A model generated the notes under the pieces. The model made no database searches. It was given only the letters and a program-made list of their open reading frames with translations, and was not told the origin of the DNA. Position numbers and translations under genes: made by a program. From Euglena gracilis (taxonomy: Eukaryota): a DNA stretch of 64,000 bases. The stretch's first letter is position 1. Each line of letters opens with the position of its first letter. The stretch spans positions 27,803,735-27,867,734 of the forward strand of contig CP154954.1 in assembly GCA_039621445.1 (NCBI GenBank). Reading direction: 5' to 3'. This document shows, one piece after another, positions 1-12,700 of this stretch.

Positions 1-3000
1 TGGCGTGAAAACGCGGAGGAACCCGAACCTCGTGATGAGGTCGAGCCTCGCGGACTCTGAATACGCTTTCGCGCTTCAGGATTAGGACATTCCCGAGACA
101 TATGTCCCGATTTGTTACACAAAAAGCACACTTTATCCGTGGCTTGGTCCGAAGAACGCGGGTATCGCGTTTTCGATCCCGTGGTGGGTGAAGTGGGTGA
201 AACCGGTGATTTTTGCAATGCGTTCACCGAACCAGCCGGTAATCCAGCGGTTGGGTGTGCGGTATACGCGGATTGAATCTGACCAAGAAGCTGTGATAGC
301 TTCAATTGCTTGGAAACGTAGTTCCAGCGTTGGTCAAGAGTCATTGCATTACCCGCCAACTCCTCACGATGGATATCCTTGATGAGGCTAGGCGTGAAAT
401 GCATGAGAACAGCGTCAAACTGTTCGCGCATTTGCTTTTCACTGAGTTCATCCACTTCAGCGGCAAGTCCTAACCATTTGGCATACCAAAGGTCAATGGA
501 CTTCCATTTGCGATCGGGTGGGGCGCATTGCCGCCACTTGGTCTCCAGGGTAATCCTAGCGACCAAACTTGAACTGGTGGAAGCGTATTGCTCCACCAGG
601 TCATCAAAGGAAACGCGGTAGCGAATGACGAGTTGTCGCGCGCGCTCCTTCTCATCCCTAGGGAGGCAATCGATGAATTCCATCTTGATCACCTCCGGGT
701 TTGTGTCCTGGGTTGGCCCTTTCAATGCCCAGTAGTACTCCCAGTCCCGGAAAAACTGTCTCCATGTGGTTGGATCACCGTCCCATTGGGGTTTCACCTT
801 ATTCGCGATTGCGATGGTGCCCTTGAAGTCTTTCTGAAAAACCCGTTGGCCCTCGGTGGTATTCCGTGGATTCGGGCCCGGGTACGCTCGAGCACCAAGC
901 GTATCCTTTCCGGATTCTTGTCGGAATCGCGAAATTTCTGGTGAAGGTGAATCCTGGTACCGGAAATCCGGTCGCAAACCCTGTTGGTCACCCGTAATAG
1001 GGGGACACTCCGGTGTGGGGGTATGTCGCGCATGCAACGTGTGACCCACTCCCGGTGTACGGGTTTGGCTCATTCCACGCACAAGCATGGAATGATGGAT
1101 TTCTTGGTGGAGACTTGGCGGAATCGCCGTGTTTTCCGAAAATTCGGTTCCCGTAATGGGAAATTCATCCGAAAACTGGTTTTGAGTTGTAGGCAAGGCC
1201 AATGGTGGCACAATTCGCGGAATCGCGGATTGTGACACTCGGGACACGGGTGGTGGTGGTGCATGTGCACCCAGATTCGGGTTGTGGAAACGCGAATCTG
1301 GAGCATCTGGCGCATCTTCGGCAATGCATACTGCCGAATTGCGGTGTGAAACCCGCTGTTGGTTGGACACATTATCCAAACCCACAGACAAGTCATGCAC
1401 ACTTTGCTCCAAATGCTCAACGAGTTGGAGTTGGCCGCAAATACGGTCAACTTCATCCTCCAAAGCGCGAATACGCTTGCGGTAACGGGAAAAGTCATCC
1501 AAGTGCGGAATCCTTTCGGAAATTCCGGTAACATCTTGGACAAGTTTCCCGTGAGACTTATCCAATAATTGGAGTTGTCCCATTAATGCTTTTACAGCAT
1601 TTGAGAGAATCTGCAAAGGTGATGTCACCTTGGTTGGTGTGGTGGTGGGTGCAACCGGTGCAGGGTTATCCGACAACACGGTTGTGGTACCCATGGGCAA
1701 ATTTCCAGGTTGTGGGTTATCCAACAACGCGGAAATTCGCTCATCCAACCTGGTAATCTCACTTTGCGTGGATCGGGCATTCCGATTCACCGATTCCTCA
1801 AGCCGTAATAGGCTGTTGCAGAAATCTTGCAAGGTTTCCTGATTGTTAGTGAGCATTTTGTCCTTGAAATCAGGGTTCTCGGTAATCCGAGAACTGGAAC
1901 CTGCAGGTAGAGACTGCATTTCCGTTACTTTGGTAGACACCGATGCATACCGGATCGGGAGTTCTCCCAATAGCAGTCTGAATGCCGCTAATGTCCGGAA
2001 CTCGGTGGGAAAGTGCGGAATAGCTTTGTTGCAAACCCGCAATGGCCGAGTTAATCCCGCCAATGTCGGATTGCAACTGCAACTGCAGGGAATCCTGCCG
2101 TTGTGCCATTTCCGCGACTTTCGCGCTCAGATTGGATAATCCAACCCGATTCGCGTCACAATAGCAGGTTTTCTGCTCCAAACGGGAAAGTCGCTCCTCC
2201 AACTGCCGCACATACGTGTGGGGAGCAAAATTCTCGTTGGCTTGTGACTGGAATTGCCGAAACTTTTCCGTTTCATCGCACACAACTGCATAATGCGGTG
2301 TTGCGATTCATGGAAAGTTGCGGACAATGTGGTGAAATGGTCCATAGACACAAATCCACCACTGCTGGATGTTGCAGACGAGGAATCTCGTGCATGCAAC
2401 TGTTGTTGCAAATGCAACAACGCGGATGAACAGGACTCCATTTGTCCCGATAACTGTTGTAGTGAGCCATGCAAGTGCAGAAACTTGGAGTCATTCCGCG
2501 TTTCCGCTTCATGCATGCATTCACTAATTTGCCGGAAGTTTTGCGGGAGCTGTTGGCATATTCTGTCAAAGGTTTCCCGAAAGTTTGCAAGGTCAATACC
2601 CGCACTTTCGAAATTCCTCTGGCAATATCTGCCAACTTCCTGCAAGTAATTCCAGCAGTGTTCCAGCTTGGTGAAGACATGTTTCTGGTTGTCCTCATCA
2701 AACTGAAGCACTTTGTTCAATGCGGTTGCACACTCTGCAACGCATTGTTGCACATGGTTGAACTGCCTCACAAGGGGGTGATCCCCTGGAAGCCGAGCAA
2801 CAATATCCTGCACATCCTCAGCAGTGAGGAGCTCACCAGTGCCCTTCCCATAGTCATCCATGGGTTGGGATGTACCGGAGAATTCCGGCACCACGAGGCG
2901 AGTCTCCGGTTGCCAAGGTAGTGCGGGATAGCACCCGAGATCGGGTGGTGGTGGCAAAGCTCTGTAAGGGCTTGCCGGTGGAAGAGCGGGTGGTGGTTGA

Positions 3001-3401
3001 AAGAAACACGGAGTTTCCAACCCACCATCACCAGAGAAGCCCGGTGGCGGAATCACCACGGGTCTCTCCGGTGTGTGCGGCTGCACCATTGCCGTAGACA
3101 GAGGCGAATACCCCCGTTGTGGCAAGGTGAGTGCGGAAGAGGCCGCATTAGCCTCTGAAGCCAATGATGTGGAGGGCTCATCGCCGACCACTGTCAATGA
3201 TGACAAGTGTTGCAATTGTGACAATTGAATCAATTGTGCCTCATCGGCGTGGGAACTGGAAGCACTTTCACATAAAAGCTTCCAATCCCCATTTTCTTGG
3301 TCAATGTCTTGCAATGATGCCTGTAATAAGGCATAATTGAATTGATGGTTGGGCCCTGTGCTTTGCATCTTTCTGATGACAAAAACAGCAAAAACCCACA
3401 A
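1..3401 (-). pseudogene. gag: Frameshifted gag-like gene of LTR element X1 (runs off the window start)
   Basis: ORF pieces 2127-3401, 1870-2283, 794-1033 and others. The reverse strand near 760-800 reads KVKPQWDGDPTTWRQFFRDWEYYW (capsid-like) and near 85-130 a CFLCNKSGHMSREC knuckle. Diverged inverted copy of 5218-7783. Confidence 0.75.
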
Positions 3402-3643
3402 AACTAAGCAGTTGTGCTGGCACCAGAGGGGCTGTAACGGGTAATACCGTACAGAACCTTCCGGAGCCTGCTCGTCTGCTTAGACGTTGACTAGAAGCCG
3501 GGAGCTGACGCTGCGACCGTGTAATAACGGTGCAGGGGCCCTCCGCTGCCAGTCAGCGTAGGATCGTAACCAATCTGCTACCAAGTGTAATACTTGATAG
3601 CGTTTCTTTCTGTATGGGCTGTATGTGTAGGATCGTGACCTAA

Positions 3644-3653
3644 TCTGCTACCA
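3644..3653 (-). promoter_or_regulatory. Primer-binding site (tRNA-iMet type) of X1; second copy at 3574-3583
   Basis: Minus strand TGGTAGCAGA, 2 nt after the LTR end GTACA; complementary to the ...TCTGCTACCA 3' end of eukaryotic initiator tRNA. Confidence 0.75.
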
Positions 3654-3655
3654 AG

Positions 3656-3965
3656 TGTACGTCTGTTTCCCAATTCCCCTTTCCCAATTCCCAAAAGCCT
3701 TCGCTTTCGCCTTGGCGCACCTACTTGGGAACTGAAAATCAGAGTAACAGTAAAAACCCTTTTCCCACTTCCCAAGAAGCAAAGCACGGAGCAATGCGGG
3801 GAGGACGGACTGGAAATCCAAGTCCGGTCCAAGGAAAGGAAGGAAAAGGTACCAGAAGAATACCACCTGTGGAGAGAGAAGGGGCACCCATTAGGAGATC
3901 CTAATAGGATCTGCTTCCATCCTAACTTCCTCGACGGAAGGGGACAGAAGCATACACCTGGTACA
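3656..3965 (-). repeat. LTR of element X1 (~310 bp)
   Basis: TGTAC...GTACA termini, followed by a PBS and gag; similar to 4590-4996 and 63529-63957. Confidence 0.65.
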
Positions 3966-3977
3966 CAAAATCCCCCG

Positions 3978-4204
3978 AGGGACCCACAGTGGCCCTCTGC
4001 CAACAATGGGGGATAAAGGGACCCACAGTGGCCCTTTCAATGACCCAGCCCCAGGAGGAAAAGGGACCCACGGTGGCCCTTTCAAGGACCCAGCCCCCAG
4101 GGGCAAAGGGACCCACAGTGGCCCTTTTGGAGGGAGGGGCAGAAACCCCTCCAACATTTATTTCTCAATTCCCGAATCAAGGGGTGGGGACCCACAGAGG
4201 CCCT
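3978..4204. repeat. Minisatellite of a near-palindromic unit AAAGGGACCCACAGTGGCCCTTT
   Basis: Copies at ~3978, 4015, 4060, 4105 and 4187; 45-bp period in the core. Confidence 0.85.
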
Positions 4205-4589
4205 CCTATGGTATGTCAACCAATCACATCAACATGGAGAAGACCAGATAGGCCAAACAGGGGCATTAAGCCCTATGGTATGTCTTCCAACAACAAGATC
4301 ATCCAGAGAGGTGAGCAGAGAGGGAGAGAGTGCATGCACAGCCCCCCAGAAAAAAATTCCTTTTACAAGGGCCCAAGCCCTAGGGGACCTAGGGGTGCAA
4401 TGTCCAACACCCCCAACCCAGACCCCCCAGAAACATCTTACCCAGAAAATAACTTCAATGGAGGAAACATGGGGAGACCCCCCTCCATCAAAGGTTGCAA
4501 AAAAGCCTAAAGTGTCCAACATCTCCAGCACCCCCAAAATCATCTTATCCAAGAAATAAATTCCATGGAAGAAAAATGGGGAGACACTG

Positions 4590-4996
4590 TGTACCAGGCA
4601 CGATCCCAGCTCTGTAGGAAACCTGCGGAGTCTGGATCCGTCACAATCTGACGGCTGTGATGAACACAGCCTGACGATCGTGGCAGATCCTATGGGAACT
4701 AGCGACACGTACCACACGTGCTCGCGTGATCTCTTTTCCTCACAGGTGGTATTCTATTCTTCACATTCTGACTGTTTTGAAGTAAGAGGATAAACCTCTG
4801 AAAGGACTGGACACGACTGTGAAGGAAAGTCCTTTCACAGCGACTTGCTTTGTGCTCTGCCTTAGCACAGGGGAAATGGGAAAAAGGGTTTTGTTACTCC
4901 AAGTATTTTTACTCACCTAAGTAGGTGCGCACCAGGAGAAAGCAAAACAGGCTTTTCCGGGACAAAAGGGGTCAAAGGGAAGGCCTTGGACGTACA
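4590..4996 (+). repeat. LTR of element X2 (~407 bp)
   Basis: TGTAC...GTACA termini; purine run GAAGAAAAATGGGGAGA just upstream; PBS 2 nt downstream. Confidence 0.7.
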
Positions 4997-4998
4997 CT

Positions 4999-5008
4999 TG
5001 GTAGCAGA
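4999..5008 (+). promoter_or_regulatory. Primer-binding site (tRNA-iMet type) of X2
   Basis: TGGTAGCAGA directly after GTACA-ct. Confidence 0.75.
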
Positions 5009-5217
5009 TTTAGGCAACGATCCTAGATCCGAGACACAGACGTTCCACACAGAGAAACTCTGTGGTTGACTGGTGGTGAGGATCGTACTGAGCCGTGGAA
5101 CACGGTGAAAGTACTGTTCCTGGTCCCTAGCTAACCTTTAAGCAGGGATACAGGTCTCAAAAGGCTCTGTTCGGTATTCGCCGATACAACCTTTCTGGTC
5201 CTTGTTTCACTGCTTAT

Positions 5218-7783
5218 TTGTGTGAATTTTTGGGTTTTTGCCTTTTTACCCATCTCAAAAGATACAGAGCACAACCTCCCAACAACAAATTTGATTATGA
5301 CTTGTTAATGAGTTCATTGACCAACCTTGATGAAGATTGTGGGGATTGGAACGGTTCGAATGAAACAACTTCCAATTCACGACCCCCCAAGCAACAGGAA
5401 GACACATTGCACCAATTGTTATTGTCGCAAGGCGAAAACGCCTTCATTGTTGCAAGGGGGTAATGAATCCTCTTCATCATCATTGTCATTGATTGTGCGG
5501 GATGTAGGTGGCAAAATGCCTTCCTCCATCCTGGTTCACCCATCATTGATGCGGCGAGGGGATGAACCCCTTGCACCCTTACACCTGGTTACCCATGAAC
5601 AAAGTGAGGGGTATTTGCCCTTTGCTCTGTTCACACCCAAAAGATCCTCGGTGGAAGCACCGGTGGGCCTTTTGGAGTGCAACTCGGTGGAAACACCGTG
5701 TTTTTTCCAACCCCCCCTCAATTTCAACCCCCCACACCCTTTCACGCATTGCCGGGATTACCCGCGGAAACTGCAGTCTTCCCTGCATTGCCTTGGAATC
5801 AGATATGCGTCTGGTGGACCGGAAATCTCTGGTACCGTTTCCATTGTGGAGGACTATGAGGATGATTTGCGGGATAACCTCACCCCTGGTGATGTTTACC
5901 GAATTCTCGGTCAACTCCCAGCGGATCACCCGCTGATCAAGCAGATTTTGCATGTCCACCAATGCGTTGCGGACCACCAATGTCCACCACCAATGTCCAC
6001 CACCAATGTCCACCAATGCGGAAAATTTGCGCACCACCGTGGAAGCCCCCACCACGTCATCCCACCATTTGCACATTGTCTGAAATGCAGTAAAAGCGCT
6101 TGCGGGTCAACTCCGGAATGTGGAGGAGTCCCAAGGACAACTTGTCCAAGATTTACACTTGGTTTCTGACACGTTACCACACATGGACGATTTTTCCCGT
6201 TACCGCAAACGCATTAGGCATTTGGAGACTGAGGTTGACCGTATTTGCGGCCAACTCCAGTTGGTGGAACATTTGGAAGAAACGGTGCCTGACTTGTCCG
6301 CGAGTTTGGATAAAATGTCCACTCCGGTACCGGTTGTGACACCACCCACCGCGGTAAGCGCTGCGGTTGGTATTCCAAATGTCCCGGAATCGCGTTCTCA
6401 AACTACCATTTCTGGAGTAGGAATCCCTACATCCACCGCGAATTTGGTACAACCACCCGCGAAAACGAAATTGTACCATCTTTGCATTTGCCTACACCAC
6501 AAACCCACTTTTCACAGGACATTTCTTATGAGGAAATTGATCCACCACTCGAAAATTCGAGTCTCCACCAAGAAATTCAACATTCCAACCTTGTACGAGG
6601 AATGAGCCAACACCCCTCACCTGGTATTGGTCATGTGTCGCATTCGCGATCATACCATCCACCAACGGGTCCTGGATTACCAGATCACCCATCGGGTTTT
6701 CGGCGGGAAACCCTCCCCAACGGGAGAAATTCACCACATTTTTCGCAATTCCCGCAGGAAAATCCTGCCACCGCAACACTTGGTGCGGGAAATCCTGCAC
6801 GGGGTACACATGGAGCAGAAAATCCGCGAAACGCGTTTGGTGTTAAGAATTACCCGGACCCAAACCCCTGGAATACCACCGACGGTCGACGGGTTACTCA
6901 GAGAGACTTCACGGGCACCATCGCAATCGCGAATAAGGTGAAGCCCCAATGAGACGGGGATCCAACCACATGGAGACAATTTTTTCGGGATTGGGAGTAC
7001 TACTGGGCACTAAAGGGACCCACCCAGGACCCGAATCCCGAAGTAGGCAAGATGGAATTCATCGAGAACGCGCACGCAATTTGGTGATACGTAATGGCAT
7101 ATCATTCGATGACCTGGTTGAGCAATACGCTTCAACCAACTCGAGTCTGGTCACCAGGATTACCCTGGAGAAGAAATGGCGGCAATCCGCGCCATCGGAT
7201 CGCAAATGGAAATACATTGACCTTTGGTATGCCAAATGGTTAGCACTTGCTTCCGAAGTTGATGAACTTAGCGAGAAGCAAGTGCGCGAACAATTCGATG
7301 CGGTTTCGTTGCATTTTACACCATCCCTCGTGAAGGATATCCATCGCGAGGAGTTGGCAGGGCATGAGATGACTCTTGCCCAACGTTGGAATTATGTGTC
7401 AAAGCAGCTCAAGCTCACACAAGTTTTGGGACAAATACAGTCCGCTTTCCAAACGCATCCCACCGCGGGAATCCCTGCGGGTGCGGTTAATGCGTCGCAA
7501 AAATCACCCATGTCACCGAGATCACCCACCACGGGACCGAACACGCGGAATCAGCGTTCTTCGGACCAAGGCACGGATAAACTGTGCTTTTTGTGCAACA
7601 AATCTGGTCACATGTCTCGGGAATGCCCGAATCCCGATGCGTGAAAGCCTATTGGAAGCCCTAGGGGGCTCGACCTCCTCACGGGGATCGGGTTCCTCGG
7701 CCTTTTCACGTCAATCGGGAGTTTCACGTTCTTCGGAGAACCGCAACGGAACAGATCTCTCCGACGATGTTCACCGAATCTGA
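5218..7783 (+). pseudogene. gag: Frameshifted gag-like gene of LTR element X2
   Basis: ORF pieces 5218-5463, 5327-6169, 6120-6605 (coiled-coil-like), 6482-6952 and 6949-7644, the last ending in a CX2CX4HX4C knuckle (7585-7626). The frame continues to ~7783 by comparison with X1. No protease, RT or integrase follows. Confidence 0.8.
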
Positions 7784-7808
7784 AAAAACCTTACTGACGA
7801 AGTCAGTG

Positions 7809-7827
7809 AACCGACCTCTGCTACCCA
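7809..7827 (-). promoter_or_regulatory. Primer-binding site (tRNA-iMet type) of LTR element Y
   Basis: Minus strand TGG(G)TAGCAGAGGTCGGTT immediately after the LTR end GAACA; one extra G relative to the canonical TGGTAGCAGAG. Confidence 0.8.
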
Positions 7828-8244
7828 TGTTCGTCAATCCCACCCCCTGTGGGCCGCCGTCGATCCCGCGACCGGCGAGGCCAAACCTTGGGCAAGGAGT
7901 GAGGTATAGGGAAGGTGGTTGTGGTGGTGTTGTAGGCACCTTTAATACAATCCTTCAATAAATACAACCAACAATGCAATGACCAACAATGTAACTTCCA
8001 ACTCCGATTAAAAGTTCACCAGCAATATGATTGATCAAATCCAACTCAATGTATTTCTTCTTTGCAAGTATTGCGGAAACCAGCTCAAGTTTTGTGAAAA
8101 ACAGAACCTGAAGAAGCAATTACTGGACCTGCTTCCAATTTCTATCCTGGGTTTATTTCTCTAACCGATTGGCTATTACCAGCAATTTTGTATTTTGACC
8201 TTTCTGGGAAATTTTTGGCTGCCGGCGAAAACCGGCGGTGAACA
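7828..8244 (-). repeat. LTR of element Y (417 bp), related to the array LTRs
   Basis: TGTTC...GAACA termini; PPT AGGGGGCAGGG (8245-8255) upstream and PBS downstream; shares CGGCAGCCAAAAATTTCCCAGAAA with the array LTRs. Confidence 0.8.
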
Positions 8245-8261
8245 CCCTGCCCCCTACGTTG

Positions 8262-9172
8262 CGGGCAGGTTAGGGATCCGTTTGGGGATAAGCTCTGTGC
8301 TGCCACAAGAACAAGTTGTGGAAGCGCCACCACCGGGTTCAGCACTTTCTGGGTGCCCTGTGCAGGCTCGGGGGATCCCTATGCCCTCGAGATTTCTGTG
8401 GCTGCAGGTCAGAAGGGTGACGCGGATATCTTCCTGCCACACTGGTCGGGGGCTGCCTTGTGGGCTAAACCACCCCTCACCGCCCAGTGCTGCTTGGAGC
8501 TTGCCCGCCTCATGGGAGCTCCTCCTCGGCATAGCTAAGAAGAAGACGGCCAAGTATGGGGCCCGCTGCCAGTCACGGGGGGCATCCTTCTCCCCATTGA
8601 CCTTGTGCGTCTGGGGTCCTTCGTTGGAGACAGTCATACCGTGTGGGATGAGCTCCAGCGTCGCCTTGGGGCCACGGCCTTGGGTGGGGCGCGGAGCGTG
8701 TTCCTGGATGAACTACAACAAGGCCACTCTTTAGCACTGCTCTCCGGAGTCACCTCACAACTCGGTGCCCTTCTCATCACAAAGGAGCTCCATCGCTGCC
8801 TTCTGAACAGGCTACACGGGCTGTCCCCAGGCCCCTTTACACGCTAAATGCCTTCCTATCTCCCTGGTCTCATAGCCTGTCCCCCAGTACCCCCCACCAT
8901 TCCCCTGCCCTTCCTTCTCCACATCATCCGCCTCCGTCCTTCTTCCTGTATCACTGCACGTTCCTGCCCTGTTTCAGCCCTCTCAGCCTACATCAGCCTC
9001 ACGACGACACTCAATGCTACCCACTCTTCGCCCTTCTGGGTTTCCTGGGAACCGGATGATACTCAATGCCTTATGTTTGGGGTCGCCCCATCTGTGCACA
9101 GCCTTCCCCCCGTACACTTCAAATTCAGTAGGCTGTGCCACTAGTTGGTGGATTTGGTTCGCCCCACCACCG
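8262..9172 (+). mobile_element. CRE-like non-LTR element A, 5'-truncated (endonuclease C-terminus, 3' UTR, shared 3' motif)
   Basis: Fragments DADIFLPHW, KKKTAKYGARCQSRGASFSPL and QQGHSLALLSG resemble the RLE ends of neighbouring elements; conserved terminal motif at 9118-9172. Left boundary approximate. Confidence 0.7.
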
Positions 9173-9224
9173 TTCTGCACAATCATTCGTTGTGACTAAA
9201 AGACTTCGACAATTGACAAATTTG

Positions 9225-9720
9225 CGTTGGTGGGCGAACCGAGTCCACCGACCAGTGGCACAGCCTACTGGTTTGAGCAGAGCTCGGACTCGGAGAGCTC
9301 GGAGTTCGGGGGTGTGGCCATGTACCGGATGCCGTTAATTCCTCCAAGGTCCCGTGGGAGGTTATGGGTGCTCCAGGGAAGGCTGTTTATGGGCGAGAGG
9401 CCCATAAACTTTTCTATGGCTTTTCTATGACTTCGGGCTTGGTTTTGACCATTGGAGCGTGGGAAAATTGGTTAAAAAGCATTGGTTGTTTTTGCTCAGA
9501 AAGAAAAACGCGTTGCCAAAGGGGTGAGATATTTTACAGTGAAGTACATGCGTGGTGCGAGGGTGAGAAAGAGTCCTTGTCCCATGTCCTCGAATTTTGG
9601 ACTTTTGGACATCTTAGGGTCCACGGGTTGAGTACCGGTGGTCGGGCAGTCCTTGTACCTTGTCCTCGCCTTTCTTTGTGTAACAATTGTTGAACGATAG
9701 TTTTGAATATCACTTGTTGC
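9225..9720 (-). mobile_element. Short non-coding fragment B (3' end of a CRE-like element)
   Basis: Conserved terminal motif at 9225-9277; GGTCCCGTGGGAGGTTATGG resembles the 3' UTR of element C. 5' boundary uncertain. Confidence 0.5.
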
Positions 9721-9761
9721 GGCATTTCTTGTTTGGTTTGTTTGTGTCCCCAGAAGGGAAA

Positions 9762-12700
9762 CGGTGGAGGGGCGAACGGAACCCACCCACCAGTTGCGCA
9801 GCCTACTGGATTTGAGGGTCCGCGGAAGGTTATGGTATTTCACAGCTGACACAGGGCAAGGCGGGAGGGAAATGGGCAAGACCCATGTTCAATATAGCGT
9901 GTGTGTGGGAGGGGTAAGAAGCAGGGCGGATCTAGGGTCACCGGCTGGTGGCCCATGCGGTTTGGTCGGCGGTGTGGTGAGGAGAGGTGGGAGCGTGCCG
10001 AGGTGGGGGGCGGCGGTTGGTGGTTGTCTGTGTTTCTTGCTTGGTTTTCGTCGTTTTTTTTAGGGGCTATAGCCGGCTTGCTGGGTCGCGCGCGCACTTT
10101 CTTCTCACCTTGTGGAGTCCGGGGCGGGCGGGCTACCCTTTGCGTGTGCGTTGCTTTTGCCGGCTCCACTCCCATTTGTTGCCTCGTTGGGCGGATACCT
10201 TTCGCCTGGCGTGTGGGCTCTGTTTTTTTTGGCGGCTTCGTTTTTTTTGTGGTGGGGGGCGTCTTTTGGGGGTGTTGTTCCGTGGTTAATCTCCGCGATT
10301 TGCGGGTTGTGGCCGTCTTGGTCTTGGTCTTGCGCGCTTTTGGTGCTGTCTGCGGTGGGGGTTGGGGACTTACCATGGGTGGAGGGCCTGCTCCACGCGG
10401 TCCCTGGCGGATACCTGCCGCGCAACGTGGCGCATGAGTGTCACCGGTAGTGCTTCCTGCTTTTCTTGCATGGCCCTTGTCTTTGGCCATCCCCGCATGT
10501 CTGCGGTGGCCCTTTTGGTGACCTCAAACAGCACCGCCTGGCAGAGGTCCGAAGGCCTCGTTGCCCCTGTGACCAGTTGATGAGGAGAACATCGGCCGGT
10601 CTGTTGTTCGCCAAACACTCTGCCTCCTTCTCCACCGCAATGTTGTACAGGGCACACATCGCTGCAAAAGCATCTCGGAATGCATTGTGCCGTTCGGTGT
10701 TTCCATTCTGCTCGCAGCAGACGAATGATCCCCGAAGGGGTCAATGGACCTCGACACAGTGGGCACCCCTGCAGCGTGACCCCTGAAGGGAGGATGGACA
10801 GGCCAAGCCACCACTGCAGTAGCAGCCAGTATTGGATGTCCGAGAAAGCTGTGTGCTGTGCCTTTCTGGGCAAAGTCCGTATCCATCCCGTTTCCACCGG
10901 TCCCTTTGGCAAGCCCTTCTCACCCGGTCCCTGGCAAAGCCGACCGCGTCGACTCACTGGCTCTGCATTTCCGCCACTTTCTCCGTCCACCACCGTTGGG
11001 AGGCGTGTTCTGGTGCTGCGGAGAGAGTGGGGTGGTGCCTGCGGGCCAGCTGGCCACGGGATCCACGTTGGGCCAAGCTGTTGATGCAACCGTTGTAGCC
11101 TGTCTTGCATTTCCGGGGATGGGGTTGCCAACACCGAGGCTGGCACCCCCACTGCTTGCCCAGGTTCAACAAGGCCGCCATCCGTGCCGCGGGTTGCAAC
11201 ACGTCGGGGTCCGAGATTCCGAGTCCCCCTTGGCGCGATGGGCAGGGAGACTTGATCCCGTGAACTCTCGGTGATTCCCAGTCCGAGGAGATCTTGTACG
11301 GCTTCCTCCAGCCATGCCCTGAGAATGAGCGGGCAGTCCCGTGCGTTTTCTCTCTCCGTTGATCGGAGGAGGTGGACCACCCGACCTCCGTCCAGGCAGT
11401 ACCGCAAGAGTGCGTGCTGCTTGCCCCTCTGGGTGGCCCCTGAGCCGTTACAGGAGCAAGGTCGCCCTGTCCACGGTCTCTTCCCATACGGCTTGGCATT
11501 GTGGTGCTCTTGGCGTGTCCTCTTGTGCTGTGTGATGCTCCCGCGGGGCATCAATCTGGACGCCCAGGGTCGTGATGCCCCTCTGTCCTCCAAAAGGAAT
11601 CACGGGCACTTGTCTTCCCAAGTGGTCTTCTGCCAAACCGTCTGGGTAATGTGGCCCGGCTTGATAGACTGTTCTGCATCCCAGGTCCCCAAAAATTGCA
11701 CTTGGCCAAATTGAGGTGGAGGCCTAGGGCTAGGCCTAGGCCTAGGACCGTGCTGATGTCATGGAGGCGGGCCAACACCACTGCTGGTTTCCCCACGATG
11801 TGGCCGCCGCCAAAGCGCCAAGTCCCGGGCAAAGCACTGGTCAAGGGCGTAGTCCAAGTCCAGTGCAAATCCCAAGGGCCCGCATGCGTCGCCTTGATGC
11901 ACTCCGATCTGGCTTGTACACAGGAAGCGCCCTTGGCAGAACAACGGACTTGGTCCACTGTAGCAAAAGCGCAGCCAGTTGTACGCCGTGTGTACCTTGG
12001 CCAAGCATCCCCGGAGCATTGCATCCCTGCTGATGAAGTTGAAGGCATTGCACATATCCACCTGCAACACCACGTGGTCGTTATCCCCTTGGAGGTGGCT
12101 TGACTGGACGAGCGTTGCAGGCCCATGCCCACCATCTCGGCGGCGTTTCACACCCACCCCGCACTGCCGCGGTTGTAGGGCTGCCATCAACATCCTCACC
12201 GCTTCAGTATGGTGGAGGCACTTGTCCACCACTCGCCGGAGGGTGTCACCGACGGCAATCGGCCGCACCCCCCATCCTTCTTGCGGAGCAGGATGAGCGT
12301 GGAGGCGCATGGTACTTCTCGCACGCTCTCCGGGATGTGGTCAGGGCCGTCGCAGCAAGCTTGCCAAGGGCTTGGACCAGGCCCCCCCCCGGGCCCCAGC
12401 TTTCGGCAACACTCACTGAGGTGGATTGGACTTAGACCCCGGGGGGAAGGAGACCACGGCTGCCCAGGCCCGCTTGGACCACTGCTCGTCGCTCTCCTCG
12501 TCGTGCATGCCCTCGTCCCCAGGCGGCAGGCAATCGAGGTGGGCAAATCCCCTGACGGGACCAAGTGCGGCTGTGCTGGGGGATGGAGGTCCCTCAGTAC
12601 GGCTTCCATACCCGGTTCCTGCAAGTTGACCAGCGCATCTGACACCAACAGCTTAGCGGCCTTGGGCAGTGCGCCTTCCTCCACCAAAGCCCTGATTTTC

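Noticed and set aside
3978-4204. CRISPR-like array of palindromic repeats
   Set aside because: The spacers are similar to each other and short, there are no cas genes, and the context is eukaryotic; it is a minisatellite.
5950-6020. CCACCAATGT micro-repeat in gag X2
   Set aside because: Local slippage or filler at a deletion relative to X1; no sign of function.
9840-10490. Long ORFs in 3' UTRs, antisense to RT genes, and in array interiors
   Set aside because: Low-complexity or shadow frames of GC-rich or G/T-skewed DNA; not conserved between copies.
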